Shown: positions 44,243 through 53,915, numbered from the stretch's first letter. The stretch is 64,000 nucleotides of DNA from Acidimicrobiia bacterium (GCA_022826705.1 JAJDUJ010000007.1:211134-275133); one strand, 5' to 3'. Notes: a model not told the origin generated them from the sequence alone. Numbers and translations: made by a program.

Positions 44243-45100
44243 CTACGACTTGACGGTGAATACCCAGCGGCCTTCGGTGTGGGACAAGTGGCCGCAGCTG
44301 GGGCCGGCGAAGTGGGTGCCGAAAATGAGGATGCCGGAGTCGGCGTAGCGGTCGCGGAAGGTTCGCCTGGTCTCAGAGGCTCTTGTCGGGTCGTCGTCGG
44401 CGGTCATAACCCACTCGGGGGCGGAGAACTGGACGGGGTGGTGGACTAAGTCGCCGGTGATCACGGCCTCTTGGCCCGCCGATGAGATGCGCACGCTTAC
44501 GTGGCCGGGGCTGTGGCCCGGTGATGGCTCCAGGCTGATCTCGCCGGTGACTTGGTGGTCGCTGTCCACCAGGTCGGCCAGGCCGGCGTCCAGCACGGGA
44601 CGCACGGCGTCGCCGAAGGTGATCGCCGCTCCTTCGGCGCCGGAGTCCCAGTACTCGTACTCAGTGCGGTTGAACAAGTACCGGGCGTTGGGGAAGGTGG
44701 GCACCCACTCCCCGTCCACCAGGATCGTGTTCCAGCCCACATGGTCGAAATGCAGGTGGGTACAGAGCACGATGTCGATATCGCCCGGCTCAAAGCCGGC
44801 CGCAGACAGCTCGTCGAGAAATCCTTCGCCCAAATGGCTCATCTGGGGGACCATCTCGATGGGACGGTTGCCGATGCAGGTGTCCACCATGATGGTTTGG
44901 CCCTCCGACTCCAGCACCAGGGCATGGATAGACAGCGGCATGTTGCCCTCGTCGTCCAGGAAATAGGGCCGAAGCCAGTCGGCATTGGCCTCGAACACCG
45001 CCATGTCGGGTTCCACATACATTCCCTCGGCCGGAACCGGTTGCAGGGTCTCTCGCACCAGCATCACCTTCACGTCGCCGACTTGAGTGGTCAGTGCCAT
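44243..45100 (-). CDS. MBL-fold metallo-hydrolase (lactonase-like)
   Basis: HLHFDHVG metal motif. ATG at 45100 is preceded by GGAGGA. The upstream Arg-rich 61 aa of the track ORF was discarded. Confidence 0.85.
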   Translation of the reverse strand: MALTTQVGDVKVMLVRETLQPVPAEGMYVEPDMAVFEANADWLRPYFLDDEGNMPLSIHALVLESEGQTIMVDTCIGNRPIEMVPQMSHLGEGFLDELSAAGFEPGDIDIVLCTHLHFDHVGWNTILVDGEWVPTFPNARYLFNRTEYEYWDSGAEGAAITFGDAVRPVLDAGLADLVDSDHQVTGEISLEPSPGHSPGHVSVRISSAGQEAVITGDLVHHPVQFSAPEWVMTADDDPTRASETRRTFRDRYADSGILIFGTHFAGPSCGHLSHTEGRWVFTVKS

Positions 45101-45102
45101 GG

Positions 45103-46005
45103 CTATCCTCCGATCTTGTCCAGCACTTCGGCTTGGTAGCGACCAACGAAGCGCCGGATGTCGTCTATGTCGGTGCTGCCCGACTCGGCGGCCGAGACGA
45201 TCAGGCGGTCGAGGCCCGACTCGGCGTACTTCTCGATCAGGTCCAAGTCGAACGACCCGCCCCGCTGGTAGCTGCCCGGCCACACCGTCATCTCGATGGC
45301 ATCGGGATCCCGGTCGTGCTCAACGGCGGTGGCCCGGATGGTGGCCACCCGGTCGGCATAATCCTCCGGCGAGATCACATAAGGGTAGAACCCGTCGCCA
45401 ATGCGCCCGGCTCTCCGGGCCGCTCGTCCGGTACTACCGCCGATGACGATGGGCGGGCCGCCGGGCTGGGCTGGATTGGGCAGGCTCTCGCACTCAGTGA
45501 AACTCACGGCATTGCTCTCGTAGGTGCGGTAGCCCGGCGCCCACAGCTCCCGCAGGGCGCCGATGCACTCGTCGAGCCGCTCGCCCCGGCCCTCATAGGG
45601 CACCCCGCAGGCAGCGTACTCCTCGATCTGCCAGCCGCTGCCCACCCCGAGGATCACCCGCCCGCCGCTGAGGGCATCGAGAGTGGCCACCCGCTTGGCC
45701 ATCACCGCCGGCGGGTGCAGGGGCAGCACCACCACCCCGGTGCCCAGCCGCACCCGCTCGGTGACCGAGGCCATGAAAGCCAGCATCTCCAGCGGGTCGG
45801 GCATCACCACGCCGGGGGCGCCGGGCATGCGGCCCGACTCCGAGTACGAATAGCGGGGCTCGTAATTGTTGGCCACCACCACGTGCTCCACCGTCCAGAT
45901 CGATTCCACTCCCTCTTCGTCCATCGCCTGGGCAAACTGGGTGATCCAGCGGGCGTCGGTGACCACCGACTCGTGCATGTGGGGAAGGACTCCAAGACTG
46001 ACCAT
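45103..46005 (-). CDS. LLM-class (F420/flavin-dependent) oxidoreductase
   Basis: MVSLGVLP...GVESIWTVEHVV...RLGTGVVVLPLHPP...GGRVILGVGSGW are luciferase-like monooxygenase family signatures. Confidence 0.8.
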   Translation of the reverse strand: MVSLGVLPHMHESVVTDARWITQFAQAMDEEGVESIWTVEHVVVANNYEPRYSYSESGRMPGAPGVVMPDPLEMLAFMASVTERVRLGTGVVVLPLHPPAVMAKRVATLDALSGGRVILGVGSGWQIEEYAACGVPYEGRGERLDECIGALRELWAPGYRTYESNAVSFTECESLPNPAQPGGPPIVIGGSTGRAARRAGRIGDGFYPYVISPEDYADRVATIRATAVEHDRDPDAIEMTVWPGSYQRGGSFDLDLIEKYAESGLDRLIVSAAESGSTDIDDIRRFVGRYQAEVLDKIGG

Positions 46006-46072
46006 GGGCAGCAGACTACGCCCTGTCCGCCCGGCGCGGGCCACCACCCGCCCGAGGGGTTAGCTTCATGGC

Positions 46073-47149
46073 ATGCCGGAGCATCTGGTGATCGACGTGG
46101 ACGGCCACGTGTTCGAGCCCGACGAGCTGTGGGAGCAGTACCTCCCGGCCCGGTTCCACGAGCGCCGGCCCCGGATGATCACCGATGAGCGGGGCACCAC
46201 CCGCTACGTGATCGAGGGCAAGGTGATCCCCCCGGGAACTGGGGTGGGCGCCTGGGCGCCCGAGGGCATCCGAGAATCCACCACCCTCCGGGAGGGCGGG
46301 GTCGACTCGGGGCTCCGGCTGGCCGACATGGACACCGAGGGCATCGACATCGCCGTGCTGTACGGGGCGATGTCCCTCGGCTTATACGCGGGAGCAGACC
46401 AAGAGCTGACTGTGGCCTGCTGTCGGGCCTACAACAACTGGCTGGCAGGCTGGTGCTCGGCCGACCCGAAGCGCTTGCGGGGCACCCCGGCGCTGCCGCT
46501 GAAGTGGGTGGACAGTGCGGTGGCCGAGGCCGAGCGGTGCGTGACAGAACTGGGCTTCGTGTCGCTGACCGTTCCCTGCGCGGTGGGCGACCGCAATCCC
46601 GACCACCCCGACAACGACCCCCTTTACGACCTGGCCGAACAGCTCGATGTGCCCTTGGGCTTCCACGCTGGCGGCTGCCGGTTCGCCAATAGCCGGTTCA
46701 CCGACGCTTACGCCCAGCTCCATGTGATCGAGTTCCCGTTCAACCTGATGTTCGCGGCCACCACCTTGATCTGCGGGGGTGTGTTCGAGCGGTTCAAGCG
46801 GCTGAGGGTGGCTCTGCTGGAAGGCGGCGTGGGCTGGTTTCCCCACACCTTGGAACGCCTCGAAGAGCATTACGAGTACCGGAGCCATGAGTTCGACGCC
46901 ATCACCAAGCCGCCCGGCGAGTACCTGGCCGAGGGGCGTCTGTTCGTTTCCACCGAGGGCGAAGACGGCTTGCCCCAGGTGATCGAGCAGATCGGCTGCG
47001 ACATCATTGTGTGGGCATCGGACTACCCCCACTGGGACAGCGATTTCCCCACCAGCGTGACCGGCGTGGCCAATCGCTCCGACTTAGCCGATGCCCACAA
47101 GCAGGCCATATTCGAGACCAACCCCAAGCGGCTCTTCGGGTGGGATTGA
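46073..47149 (+). CDS. amidohydrolase family protein (amidohydrolase_2)
   Basis: VIDVDGHVFEP at the N-terminus and WASDYPHWDSDFP near the C-terminus. Confidence 0.85.
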   Translation: MPEHLVIDVDGHVFEPDELWEQYLPARFHERRPRMITDERGTTRYVIEGKVIPPGTGVGAWAPEGIRESTTLREGGVDSGLRLADMDTEGIDIAVLYGAMSLGLYAGADQELTVACCRAYNNWLAGWCSADPKRLRGTPALPLKWVDSAVAEAERCVTELGFVSLTVPCAVGDRNPDHPDNDPLYDLAEQLDVPLGFHAGGCRFANSRFTDAYAQLHVIEFPFNLMFAATTLICGGVFERFKRLRVALLEGGVGWFPHTLERLEEHYEYRSHEFDAITKPPGEYLAEGRLFVSTEGEDGLPQVIEQIGCDIIVWASDYPHWDSDFPTSVTGVANRSDLADAHKQAIFETNPKRLFGWD

Positions 47150-47153
47150 GCAC

Positions 47154-48194
47154 ATGAGCCGCATCACAACTGCCGACACCATCGAAGAGTGGGTGGAGCT
47201 AGCCCACGCCGAGGGATTGACCGACGGCTTGCCGGTGTATCCCCCCACCCGCGCCGCAGTTGACGCCTTGGTGGAGGCCTCAGGCCGCGATCCCGGCCAG
47301 CTGCTGGGGGCTATCCCCCCGAGGGGCGGGGCGGCTACCGTGGAGGTGGCAGCGGCCAACGCGGCCATGGCCGGCTGTCGGCCCGAGCACTTCGAGGTGG
47401 TGCTGGCCGCCGTTGAGGCGATGATGGAGGACCGCTTCAATCTGCGGGGGGTGGTCACCACCACCCATCCGTGCTGGCCGCTGGTCATCGTGTCGGGACC
47501 AATCGTGGAGCAGCTCGACATGGCCCATGCCGAATCGGCGTTCAGCGGCGGCGGGGCCCACGCCAACGCGGCCATCGGCCGGGCCGTCAAGCTGCTGTTG
47601 TGGAACGCCGGCGGCGCCACCCCCGGAGAGCCGGTCAAAGAGGTGTTCGGCCATCCCGGTCGCTATGCCTTCTGCGTGGCCGATTCGCCGGCCAGTCCTT
47701 GGCCTCCGCTGCACCAGGCCCGAGGCATCGACGCAGTCAGCGGGATTACCGTGTTCGCCTGCGAGTCCCCCACCAGCGTGGCCATGTGGGGCGCCGACGA
47801 CACGCCCGTCAACCGCCTGGCGCAGTTGGCCGATGCCATGGCCATCAAGGGGTGCAACAACACCCACACCATGGGCGAGACCCTGGTGGTGCTCACCCCC
47901 AATGAGGCCCGCCACATGGCCGAGAACGGCTACGACCGCAGCGCGGTTCAAGAGCAACTCTGGCAGCAGGCCCGGCGGCGCATCGGCGACCTCCTTTCCC
48001 CCGGCGTTCCTCCCTATGCGTGGTGGCCCGACTGGGTGGACACCGGTGACCCCGACACGCTGGTGCCGGTCACCGAGCGGCCCGAGGACATCCACGTGAT
48101 GGTCACTGGAGCCGAGTCCATTCCCTGGATGGCAGTGTGCGCCGGCTGGGGCAACCTGGGCGGCTACGCGGTGAGCCGGGCACTGGATGGCTAG
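47154..48194 (+). CDS. conserved-looking soluble protein of unknown function (346 aa)
   Basis: ATG at 47154 lies 4 nt after the upstream stop. Balanced composition and no TM. I cannot name a family for motifs such as GLTDGLPVYPPT and GGGAHANAAIGRAVKLLLWN. Confidence 0.65.
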   Translation: MSRITTADTIEEWVELAHAEGLTDGLPVYPPTRAAVDALVEASGRDPGQLLGAIPPRGGAATVEVAAANAAMAGCRPEHFEVVLAAVEAMMEDRFNLRGVVTTTHPCWPLVIVSGPIVEQLDMAHAESAFSGGGAHANAAIGRAVKLLLWNAGGATPGEPVKEVFGHPGRYAFCVADSPASPWPPLHQARGIDAVSGITVFACESPTSVAMWGADDTPVNRLAQLADAMAIKGCNNTHTMGETLVVLTPNEARHMAENGYDRSAVQEQLWQQARRRIGDLLSPGVPPYAWWPDWVDTGDPDTLVPVTERPEDIHVMVTGAESIPWMAVCAGWGNLGGYAVSRALDG

Positions 48195-48212
48195 AACTGG
48201 CAGGATTGGAGT

Positions 48213-48761
48213 GTGAAGTTGAGCGGCGAGCTAGTGGATCCCCGGGGCCAGGTGGTGATCAACGACGGCGCGCTGGCGTCCCGTCGGGGCCACACCCAGG
48301 GTCCGCTGACCATCGGTTTCCTGGTCAACGAGTACAACCCCTCGTCTGGCCCCGACTTCACCCGCTACACCGAAGCAATGGAGCAGGAGTTCCGCCACCG
48401 CCTAGATGTGACCGCGGTGGTCCGCCAGCACAAGCCGGTGCTCAGCCGCCCCGCGGGCGACGAGATGCTGGCCTCGTTCCGGGCCTGCGCGGGGGTGGTC
48501 AACGGCCTGGCCAAATGAGGCTCATGCACGTCGGGCAGTGTGCTCGACGCCGTGAACCTGGAGAGGCTGGGCATCCCCACTGTCACCGTGGTGACTGAGC
48601 CCTTCACCGTGGCCGCCGACACCGTGGCCCGCTCCTTGGGCATGCCCGACGTCCCCCGGGTGGTGATCCCCCACGACTACCTAAGCGAGGACACCGACGC
48701 CATCGCCAAGAAGCTCGAGCCTCTGCTCGACGAGATTCTCGACCGGTTGCTGGTTCGCTGA
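48213..48761 (+). CDS. UGSC-motif selenoprotein candidate (in-frame TGA at 48516-48518 read as Sec)
   Basis: Track ORFs 48213..48518 and 48540..48761 share a frame. Read-through gives ...VVNGLAK-U-GSC-TSGSVLDAVNLERLGIPTVTVV.... The start is GTG 48213 or TTG 48219 (GGAG at 48208-48211). Confidence 0.72.
48527..48554 (+). promoter_or_regulatory. SECIS-like hairpin downstream of the UGSC TGA
   Basis: Hand-folded: CAC-GTCG-GGCA / GUG loop / TGCT-CGAC-(gcc bulge)-GTG. About 11 bp in total, with the apical loop GUG at 48538-48540, about 20 nt after the UGA. Confidence 0.45.
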
Positions 48762-48780
48762 GCGGCCGCTGGTTCGCCGA

Positions 48781-49989
48781 CTACGAACTCTGCTCTTGGA
48801 ATTCCTCGGGGCTGAGGATGCGGCCGCCGTCCTTGAACAAGATGTCGTTGTAGCCCTGGCCAGGGGGGATGAACTCGGCCCAGATGGGCTTGTGGTAGCC
48901 CACATAGATGGTGCGGCGTCCCCCGGAGGCGGGGGCGGCAGTGGGAGGCGGGGCACCGTGCATGGTGTGGCCGTAGTGGACGGTGACATCGCCGGGCGAG
49001 GCGCTGATTGCCGCCGTGGGCCAGTCATCGCGCACATGACGAGACCGACTGGACGAGTCGCTAGAACCAGCCAGGTAATGGAGCTGGCCGTTGGCCTCAG
49101 AGCACTCGTCAAGCTGGATGCCGATGCTCACCGTGGGACAGGTGATGGAATGCCCACCGGTGCCGCAGTCCCGGTGCCAGGGCAGGTCGGCCATGCCCTC
49201 AACGATGCTGGGCAGCTTGATGACCACCGAAACGCCGTCGCCCCTCTCGGGATAGGCGGCGAAGTCGTCTCCGCCCAGCGCTCCGATGGCATCCAGACGA
49301 TGATCGCCGATCAGGCTGAGAATCAGCTCGCTGCGGTCGTCCATGTGGGTTACCCGGCAGCACACCTCCTCGCCATCGGCGTTGGTGGCCCACCAAGAGC
49401 GGTGGTCGTCGGGGGTGGCCTCGCCCCGCTGGCGCTCAACCTCGGCCCGCAAAGCGTCGATCTCCTCGGCGCTGAACACGCCTCGGATGTGTAAGAACCC
49501 GGCCTCGTTGAGGTACCAGCTCATCTCCTCATGGTCGTCGTCGAGGGTGAAGCTGCGGGACAGGTCCACCGTGGGCTCCCACCCCTCGTACAGGGGTCGG
49601 CCGTGGTACATGGCCAACAGCACCGGCTCGAAGTCCTCGAACAGCCCGAAATCGCCCCGAACCATCTCGGCAGCCTCGGAGTAAAGCAATCCGACCCAGG
49701 TCCACAGTTCGGCCGCGTAGTTCGACCAGTTCTGCTCGCTGACTTCCACCACCAGCTCGGCGTCGTCGCCAGGCCGGATCTCAATCTCACCGTCGCCCAC
49801 CACATAGGTCACCGACCGGCCGTCGGTCAGCCGCCAAGCAAAGCTCTTGACCAGGGCGCCTGAGCCGATGCTCGCGGCTAGCACCCCGTTGCCCTCGGCC
49901 AAGCGCCGGGGCAGCTCCTCTGAATGGAATTGTTCGAAATCCAGGGTGTCGAACAGGGGAAGACGGGGAGCCTGGTCCACTACAGCCAT
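48781..49989 (-). CDS. phytanoyl-CoA dioxygenase (PhyH) family protein with extra N-terminal domain
   Basis: PWHRDCG (the HxD iron ligands) ... VTVHYGHTMHGAPP in the C-terminal half, plus an unassigned ~150-aa N-terminal region. Confidence 0.78.
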   Translation of the reverse strand: MAVVDQAPRLPLFDTLDFEQFHSEELPRRLAEGNGVLAASIGSGALVKSFAWRLTDGRSVTYVVGDGEIEIRPGDDAELVVEVSEQNWSNYAAELWTWVGLLYSEAAEMVRGDFGLFEDFEPVLLAMYHGRPLYEGWEPTVDLSRSFTLDDDHEEMSWYLNEAGFLHIRGVFSAEEIDALRAEVERQRGEATPDDHRSWWATNADGEEVCCRVTHMDDRSELILSLIGDHRLDAIGALGGDDFAAYPERGDGVSVVIKLPSIVEGMADLPWHRDCGTGGHSITCPTVSIGIQLDECSEANGQLHYLAGSSDSSSRSRHVRDDWPTAAISASPGDVTVHYGHTMHGAPPPTAAPASGGRRTIYVGYHKPIWAEFIPPGQGYNDILFKDGGRILSPEEFQEQSS

Positions 49990-50034
49990 GACGAGAATTT
50001 AGTCCACCGCTACCCAAGGACCCCGAAGCGCCCG

Positions 50035-50868
50035 CTAGAGCTCCATTCCCTCATAGGGATCGGTGGGGTTGCGGCGGGCCTCGATGTCGGTGAAGCGAAC
50101 TGCGGCCGCTTCGGGAGTGATGTCATGGGTGAACACCCAAAACCGGTCATCCACAATGGCGCTCACCACATTGGCGGCAACCTGAGAAGGGGCAATTCCC
50201 CGCGCGCTGAGCATCTCCCGCATCGGGGTCATGATGGCATTCTGGGTGGCGGTCAGCTCGGCGTCGTAAGGTCGGTTTCGCTCCGACTGGAAGATCTGGG
50301 TGTTCACCAAGTTGGGGCACAGGCACGACACCCCCACACCCAGGGGATGCAACTCTCGCCACAGCGACTCGCTCAACCCCACCACGGCGTGCTTGGTGGC
50401 GCAGTACATGCCGAGCGCGCTGTTGGTGACCAAACCGGCCTCCGATGCAGTGTTCACGATGTGACCTTCCCCAGCCTCGGCCAGGATCGGACCGAACGTG
50501 ATCACTCCGTGAGCCACGCCCATCACGTTGACCCCTACGATCCACTCCCACTCCTCGGCGGTGGTCTCCAGCATCAGGCCGCCTGGCCCCACTCCGGCGT
50601 TGTTGCACACCACATGCACCCCGCCGTATGCCGACAAGGTTTGCTCAGCCAGGTCGCTCACCGAGGCCGCGTCGCTCACATCGCACAGCACGCCCAACAC
50701 ATCGGCACCTTCGGCCTGGACGTTTGAAGCCGACGCAGCCAGTGCCTCCTCCTCAACATCGGCCATCACCACCTGCATCCCCTCGGAGACGAACTGCTTG
50801 GTCATGGCCAAGCCGATCCCGCTGGCCGCTCCCGTTACCACCGCGACCTTGCCCTTGAGCTCCTTCAT
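50035..50868 (-). CDS. SDR family oxidoreductase
   Basis: ATG at 50868 has a GAGGCAGAGG RBS. TGAASGIGLA and YCATKHAV motifs. The upstream 155 aa of the track ORF was discarded. Confidence 0.9.
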   Translation of the reverse strand: MKELKGKVAVVTGAASGIGLAMTKQFVSEGMQVVMADVEEEALAASASNVQAEGADVLGVLCDVSDAASVSDLAEQTLSAYGGVHVVCNNAGVGPGGLMLETTAEEWEWIVGVNVMGVAHGVITFGPILAEAGEGHIVNTASEAGLVTNSALGMYCATKHAVVGLSESLWRELHPLGVGVSCLCPNLVNTQIFQSERNRPYDAELTATQNAIMTPMREMLSARGIAPSQVAANVVSAIVDDRFWVFTHDITPEAAAVRFTDIEARRNPTDPYEGMEL

Positions 50869-50980
50869 GACCTCTGCCTCTCTTCTCTGTCTTCGGAGCC
50901 TCATATTGCCAGGGATAATTCGCAGTTGATGATTTCTGCGTGACTCAGCAGACAGGGCGACAAGCCGTAGGGTGAGGGGA

Positions 50981-51820
50981 ATGGTTGAGCCTGTTGTCGA
51001 TCTCTCCGGTGCCGCTGTGATCGTTGCGGGAGCCGGAGGAGGAGGCATCGGCACTTGTTCCTGCGAGGCTGCTATGGCGGCCGGGGCCGAGGTCATAGCG
51101 GTGGAGCGGTCTCCAGAGGAGCTGGACAAGCTCGACTCGCTCACCCGCCCGGTGGTCAAGGTCCAAGCCGATCTCACCGCCCCCGATGCCCCGGCGGCTG
51201 TCGTGGATGCCGCGCTCAGTGCCCACGGCCGCATTGACGGATTGATCAACGTGGCCGGTGGCACCGGCATCGACGACTTCGGCCCCCTGGTGGACATCGA
51301 CCGCCTGGGCTGGGACCGGGTCATGGCCAACAACCTTCGCTATGTGGCGTTCCTGAACCGCGAGGTGGCCCGGGCAATGATCGACGCCGGCACCGGAGGA
51401 GCCATGGTCAATGTCTCCTCGGTGAGCAGTCTGGCATCTCAGCCCTTTCTGGCCGCCTACGGTGCAGCCAAGGCGGGGCTCAACTCGCTCACCCGCACCA
51501 TGGCTGTGGAGTGGGGTGGCCACGGCATCCGGGTCAACGCAGTCGCGCCCGGCACCATCACCACCCCCCGGGCGGGCGATCATGAGTCGCTCGATGCGGC
51601 CAAGCGGGCCATCCCCTTGGGACGTCGGGGCCATCCCGCCGAGATCGCCGCCGCCGCGGTGTTCTTGCTCAGCCCCCAAGCCAGCTACATCACCGGGCAG
51701 GTGCTGTCGGTAGACGGCGGCATGTCGGTGAAGCTGGCGATGCTGGGCGATGACAACGCTCCGGTGTTCGTCACCGAACCTGAGGTCCGGGCCCGGATGA
51801 TGGGATCTGAGCACCAATGA
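50981..51820 (+). CDS. SDR family oxidoreductase
   Basis: YGAAKAG active-site motif, NVSS, and IRVNAVAPGTITTP. ATG at 50981 is preceded by GAGGGGA. Confidence 0.9.
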   Translation: MVEPVVDLSGAAVIVAGAGGGGIGTCSCEAAMAAGAEVIAVERSPEELDKLDSLTRPVVKVQADLTAPDAPAAVVDAALSAHGRIDGLINVAGGTGIDDFGPLVDIDRLGWDRVMANNLRYVAFLNREVARAMIDAGTGGAMVNVSSVSSLASQPFLAAYGAAKAGLNSLTRTMAVEWGGHGIRVNAVAPGTITTPRAGDHESLDAAKRAIPLGRRGHPAEIAAAAVFLLSPQASYITGQVLSVDGGMSVKLAMLGDDNAPVFVTEPEVRARMMGSEHQ

Positions 51821-52551
51821 GCGACGACAGCAGCAGCAAGCGCCATCGGTTCTCCGACTGGGCCGGTCAAGACGACAATGCCCCCGAGCTGGTGGCCGCG
51901 GCCACGGTTGTGCTTCTGCGCGATGCCCCCGGAGGACTGGAAACCCTGATGATGCGGCGCAGCTCCAAGCTCAGCTTCGTCGGCGGGATGTGGGTATTCC
52001 CCGGCGGCCGAGTGGACGACGATGACTACCCCGCGGAGCGGCCCGATGACATCTACGCCGCCAGCCAGGTTGCGGCGGTGCGGGAGGCCGCGGAGGAGGC
52101 CGACCTGAGCATCGCCATCGAAGCTCTGGTGCCCTACTCCCACTGGGTGCCCCCCACCACCATCAACAAGCGGTTCGCAACCTGGTTCTTTTTCGCCCCT
52201 GCCCCCGCTGGCTCCGTGACCGTGGACGGCGGCGAGATAAAAGAGCACGCTTGGTGGCGTCCGGCCGACACCCTGGCCCGCCATGCCGCCGGCGAGATAG
52301 AGATGGTCCCGCCCACCTTCATCACCCTGATGGATCTGGCCGAACACCCCACCGTGGATAACGCCCTGGCCGCCGCCCGGAGTCGGGCCGACGACATCCC
52401 CCACTACGAAACCCGCATCGCCCTCAACGGCAAAGTCCCGGTGTCGCTGTGGCACGGGGACGCCGGATACGACACTCATGACGCCGATGCGCCCGGCCCC
52501 CGGCACCGCCTCACCCTGCACAAGGGCGGCTGGCACTTCGAGCAGACATGA
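51817..52551 (+). CDS. NUDIX hydrolase
   Basis: Nudix box GGMWVFPGGRVDDDD...AAVREAAEEADL. ATGA overlap with the SDR gene. Confidence 0.8.
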   Translation: MSDDSSSKRHRFSDWAGQDDNAPELVAAATVVLLRDAPGGLETLMMRRSSKLSFVGGMWVFPGGRVDDDDYPAERPDDIYAASQVAAVREAAEEADLSIAIEALVPYSHWVPPTTINKRFATWFFFAPAPAGSVTVDGGEIKEHAWWRPADTLARHAAGEIEMVPPTFITLMDLAEHPTVDNALAAARSRADDIPHYETRIALNGKVPVSLWHGDAGYDTHDADAPGPRHRLTLHKGGWHFEQT

Positions 52552-53915
52552 CCCGAGGCAACTCCCGCCGAATCGCAGCCGCCAAATGGGCGGTGCCCGT
52601 GGTCACCCTGGTGGTCACGGCTGCCATCGCCGCCTGCGGGTCCAGCACCTCCCCCCAAGCCGCCCCCACCGCCATGCCGGCCGTCTCCCAACCCCCGGTC
52701 ACCGCCACCCCGCCTCCCGACCCGGGTCCGGTGACCTATGTCGATCCCGTCTATCAGCCCGACGGCAACCGTCTAGCCGATGGCTCCGGCCTAGGCACCG
52801 GGTTCATCCAGCAAATCACCACCAAGGACATCAACCTGGGCGACATCCCGACCTGGGTCACCGGCACCAGCACCCCCGACGGAGATGTCTGGGTGGTGGC
52901 CTTGGCCGACGGAACGGTATACGGCTACCAGATCCCCATTGGGGGCCAGCCCTCCCCCATCGAGGTCCCCGGTGGCCGATTGGCCCCCGGCCAGCCGCCG
53001 GTGCTGGCCGTACAGGGAAACTCGGTGCGCCTGGCCACCACCCCGGCCAACGCATCGCCCAACAGCGTGCCGGTGTATCTGACTGGCAATCGAGCCGCCT
53101 ACGTGGACAACCTTCAGCGACTCACCGTGCTGGAGCCCGACGGCACGCTGTGGCGCCCCGATCTGAAAGTGCTTCCCGACACCCGGGTCATCCAGATCAG
53201 CCCCGAAAAGGTGCTGGTGCTGGCCGGTCCCACCGACCGCTTCCCCCATTCCGCATTGGGCGACAACCTGGAGGCCACCTCCGTGGTGGTGGTCACCGTT
53301 GGAGTGAACGAGGTGGAGACCGTCTACCGGTCTGAGGACGACGTGATCGAGTCGGTGGCCCCTCTGCTGGCCGATGTCGACGGCGACGGCATCAACGACG
53401 TGGTGCTTACCCTCAGCAACGACCGCGAGGTTTGGATCGTGGTGGCCTCGAGCACTGGCGGCGGTGTGGTGGCGATCAGCGACCCGGTAGACCGATTGCT
53501 GGGCTGGCGCCACTTGGTGGCGGTGGGACCGCTCGGCCCCAGCGGCCAAACCGAGATCGCCGAAGTTCTCTATCCCGACGCCCAGGGATCGCTGAGGTTC
53601 CTGAGCCTGAGCGGGAGCAAATTGGGGGTTGTTGCGACACGAACCGGCTATCGGTCCCACGAATTCGGCACCCGGAACTTCGAGCAGGCGGTGGCCGCCG
53701 ACGTCGACCGGGACGGCCGCGTCGAGGTGATCCTCCCCACCCTCGACCGCCAGCACATCGCCGGGGTCATCCATGGCCCCGACGGGGCGGTCGACATGTG
53801 GAGTCGCCCGCTCGGGGGCACGCTGGCCACCAACATCGCGGTGCTCACCCGCCCCGACGGCACCCTGTCGGTGGCTGCTGCCACGGTTGAGGGCTCGCTT
53901 CGCATCTGGCAATGA
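52548..53915 (+). CDS. predicted lipoprotein with FG-GAP/VCBS-like Ca-binding repeats
   Basis: Lipobox AAIAAC|G, a Pro-rich linker, and DVDGDGINDVV / DVDRDGRVEVI loops typical of FG-GAP propeller blades. ATGA overlap with the NUDIX gene. Confidence 0.62.
   Translation: MTRGNSRRIAAAKWAVPVVTLVVTAAIAACGSSTSPQAAPTAMPAVSQPPVTATPPPDPGPVTYVDPVYQPDGNRLADGSGLGTGFIQQITTKDINLGDIPTWVTGTSTPDGDVWVVALADGTVYGYQIPIGGQPSPIEVPGGRLAPGQPPVLAVQGNSVRLATTPANASPNSVPVYLTGNRAAYVDNLQRLTVLEPDGTLWRPDLKVLPDTRVIQISPEKVLVLAGPTDRFPHSALGDNLEATSVVVVTVGVNEVETVYRSEDDVIESVAPLLADVDGDGINDVVLTLSNDREVWIVVASSTGGGVVAISDPVDRLLGWRHLVAVGPLGPSGQTEIAEVLYPDAQGSLRFLSLSGSKLGVVATRTGYRSHEFGTRNFEQAVAADVDRDGRVEVILPTLDRQHIAGVIHGPDGAVDMWSRPLGGTLATNIAVLTRPDGTLSVAAATVEGSLRIWQ

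Noticed and set aside
48540-48761. Independent 73-aa gene starting at GTG 48540
   Set aside because: There is no RBS. It is in frame with the upstream ORF and only 21 nt from the upstream TGA. The joined product has a coherent UGSC motif.
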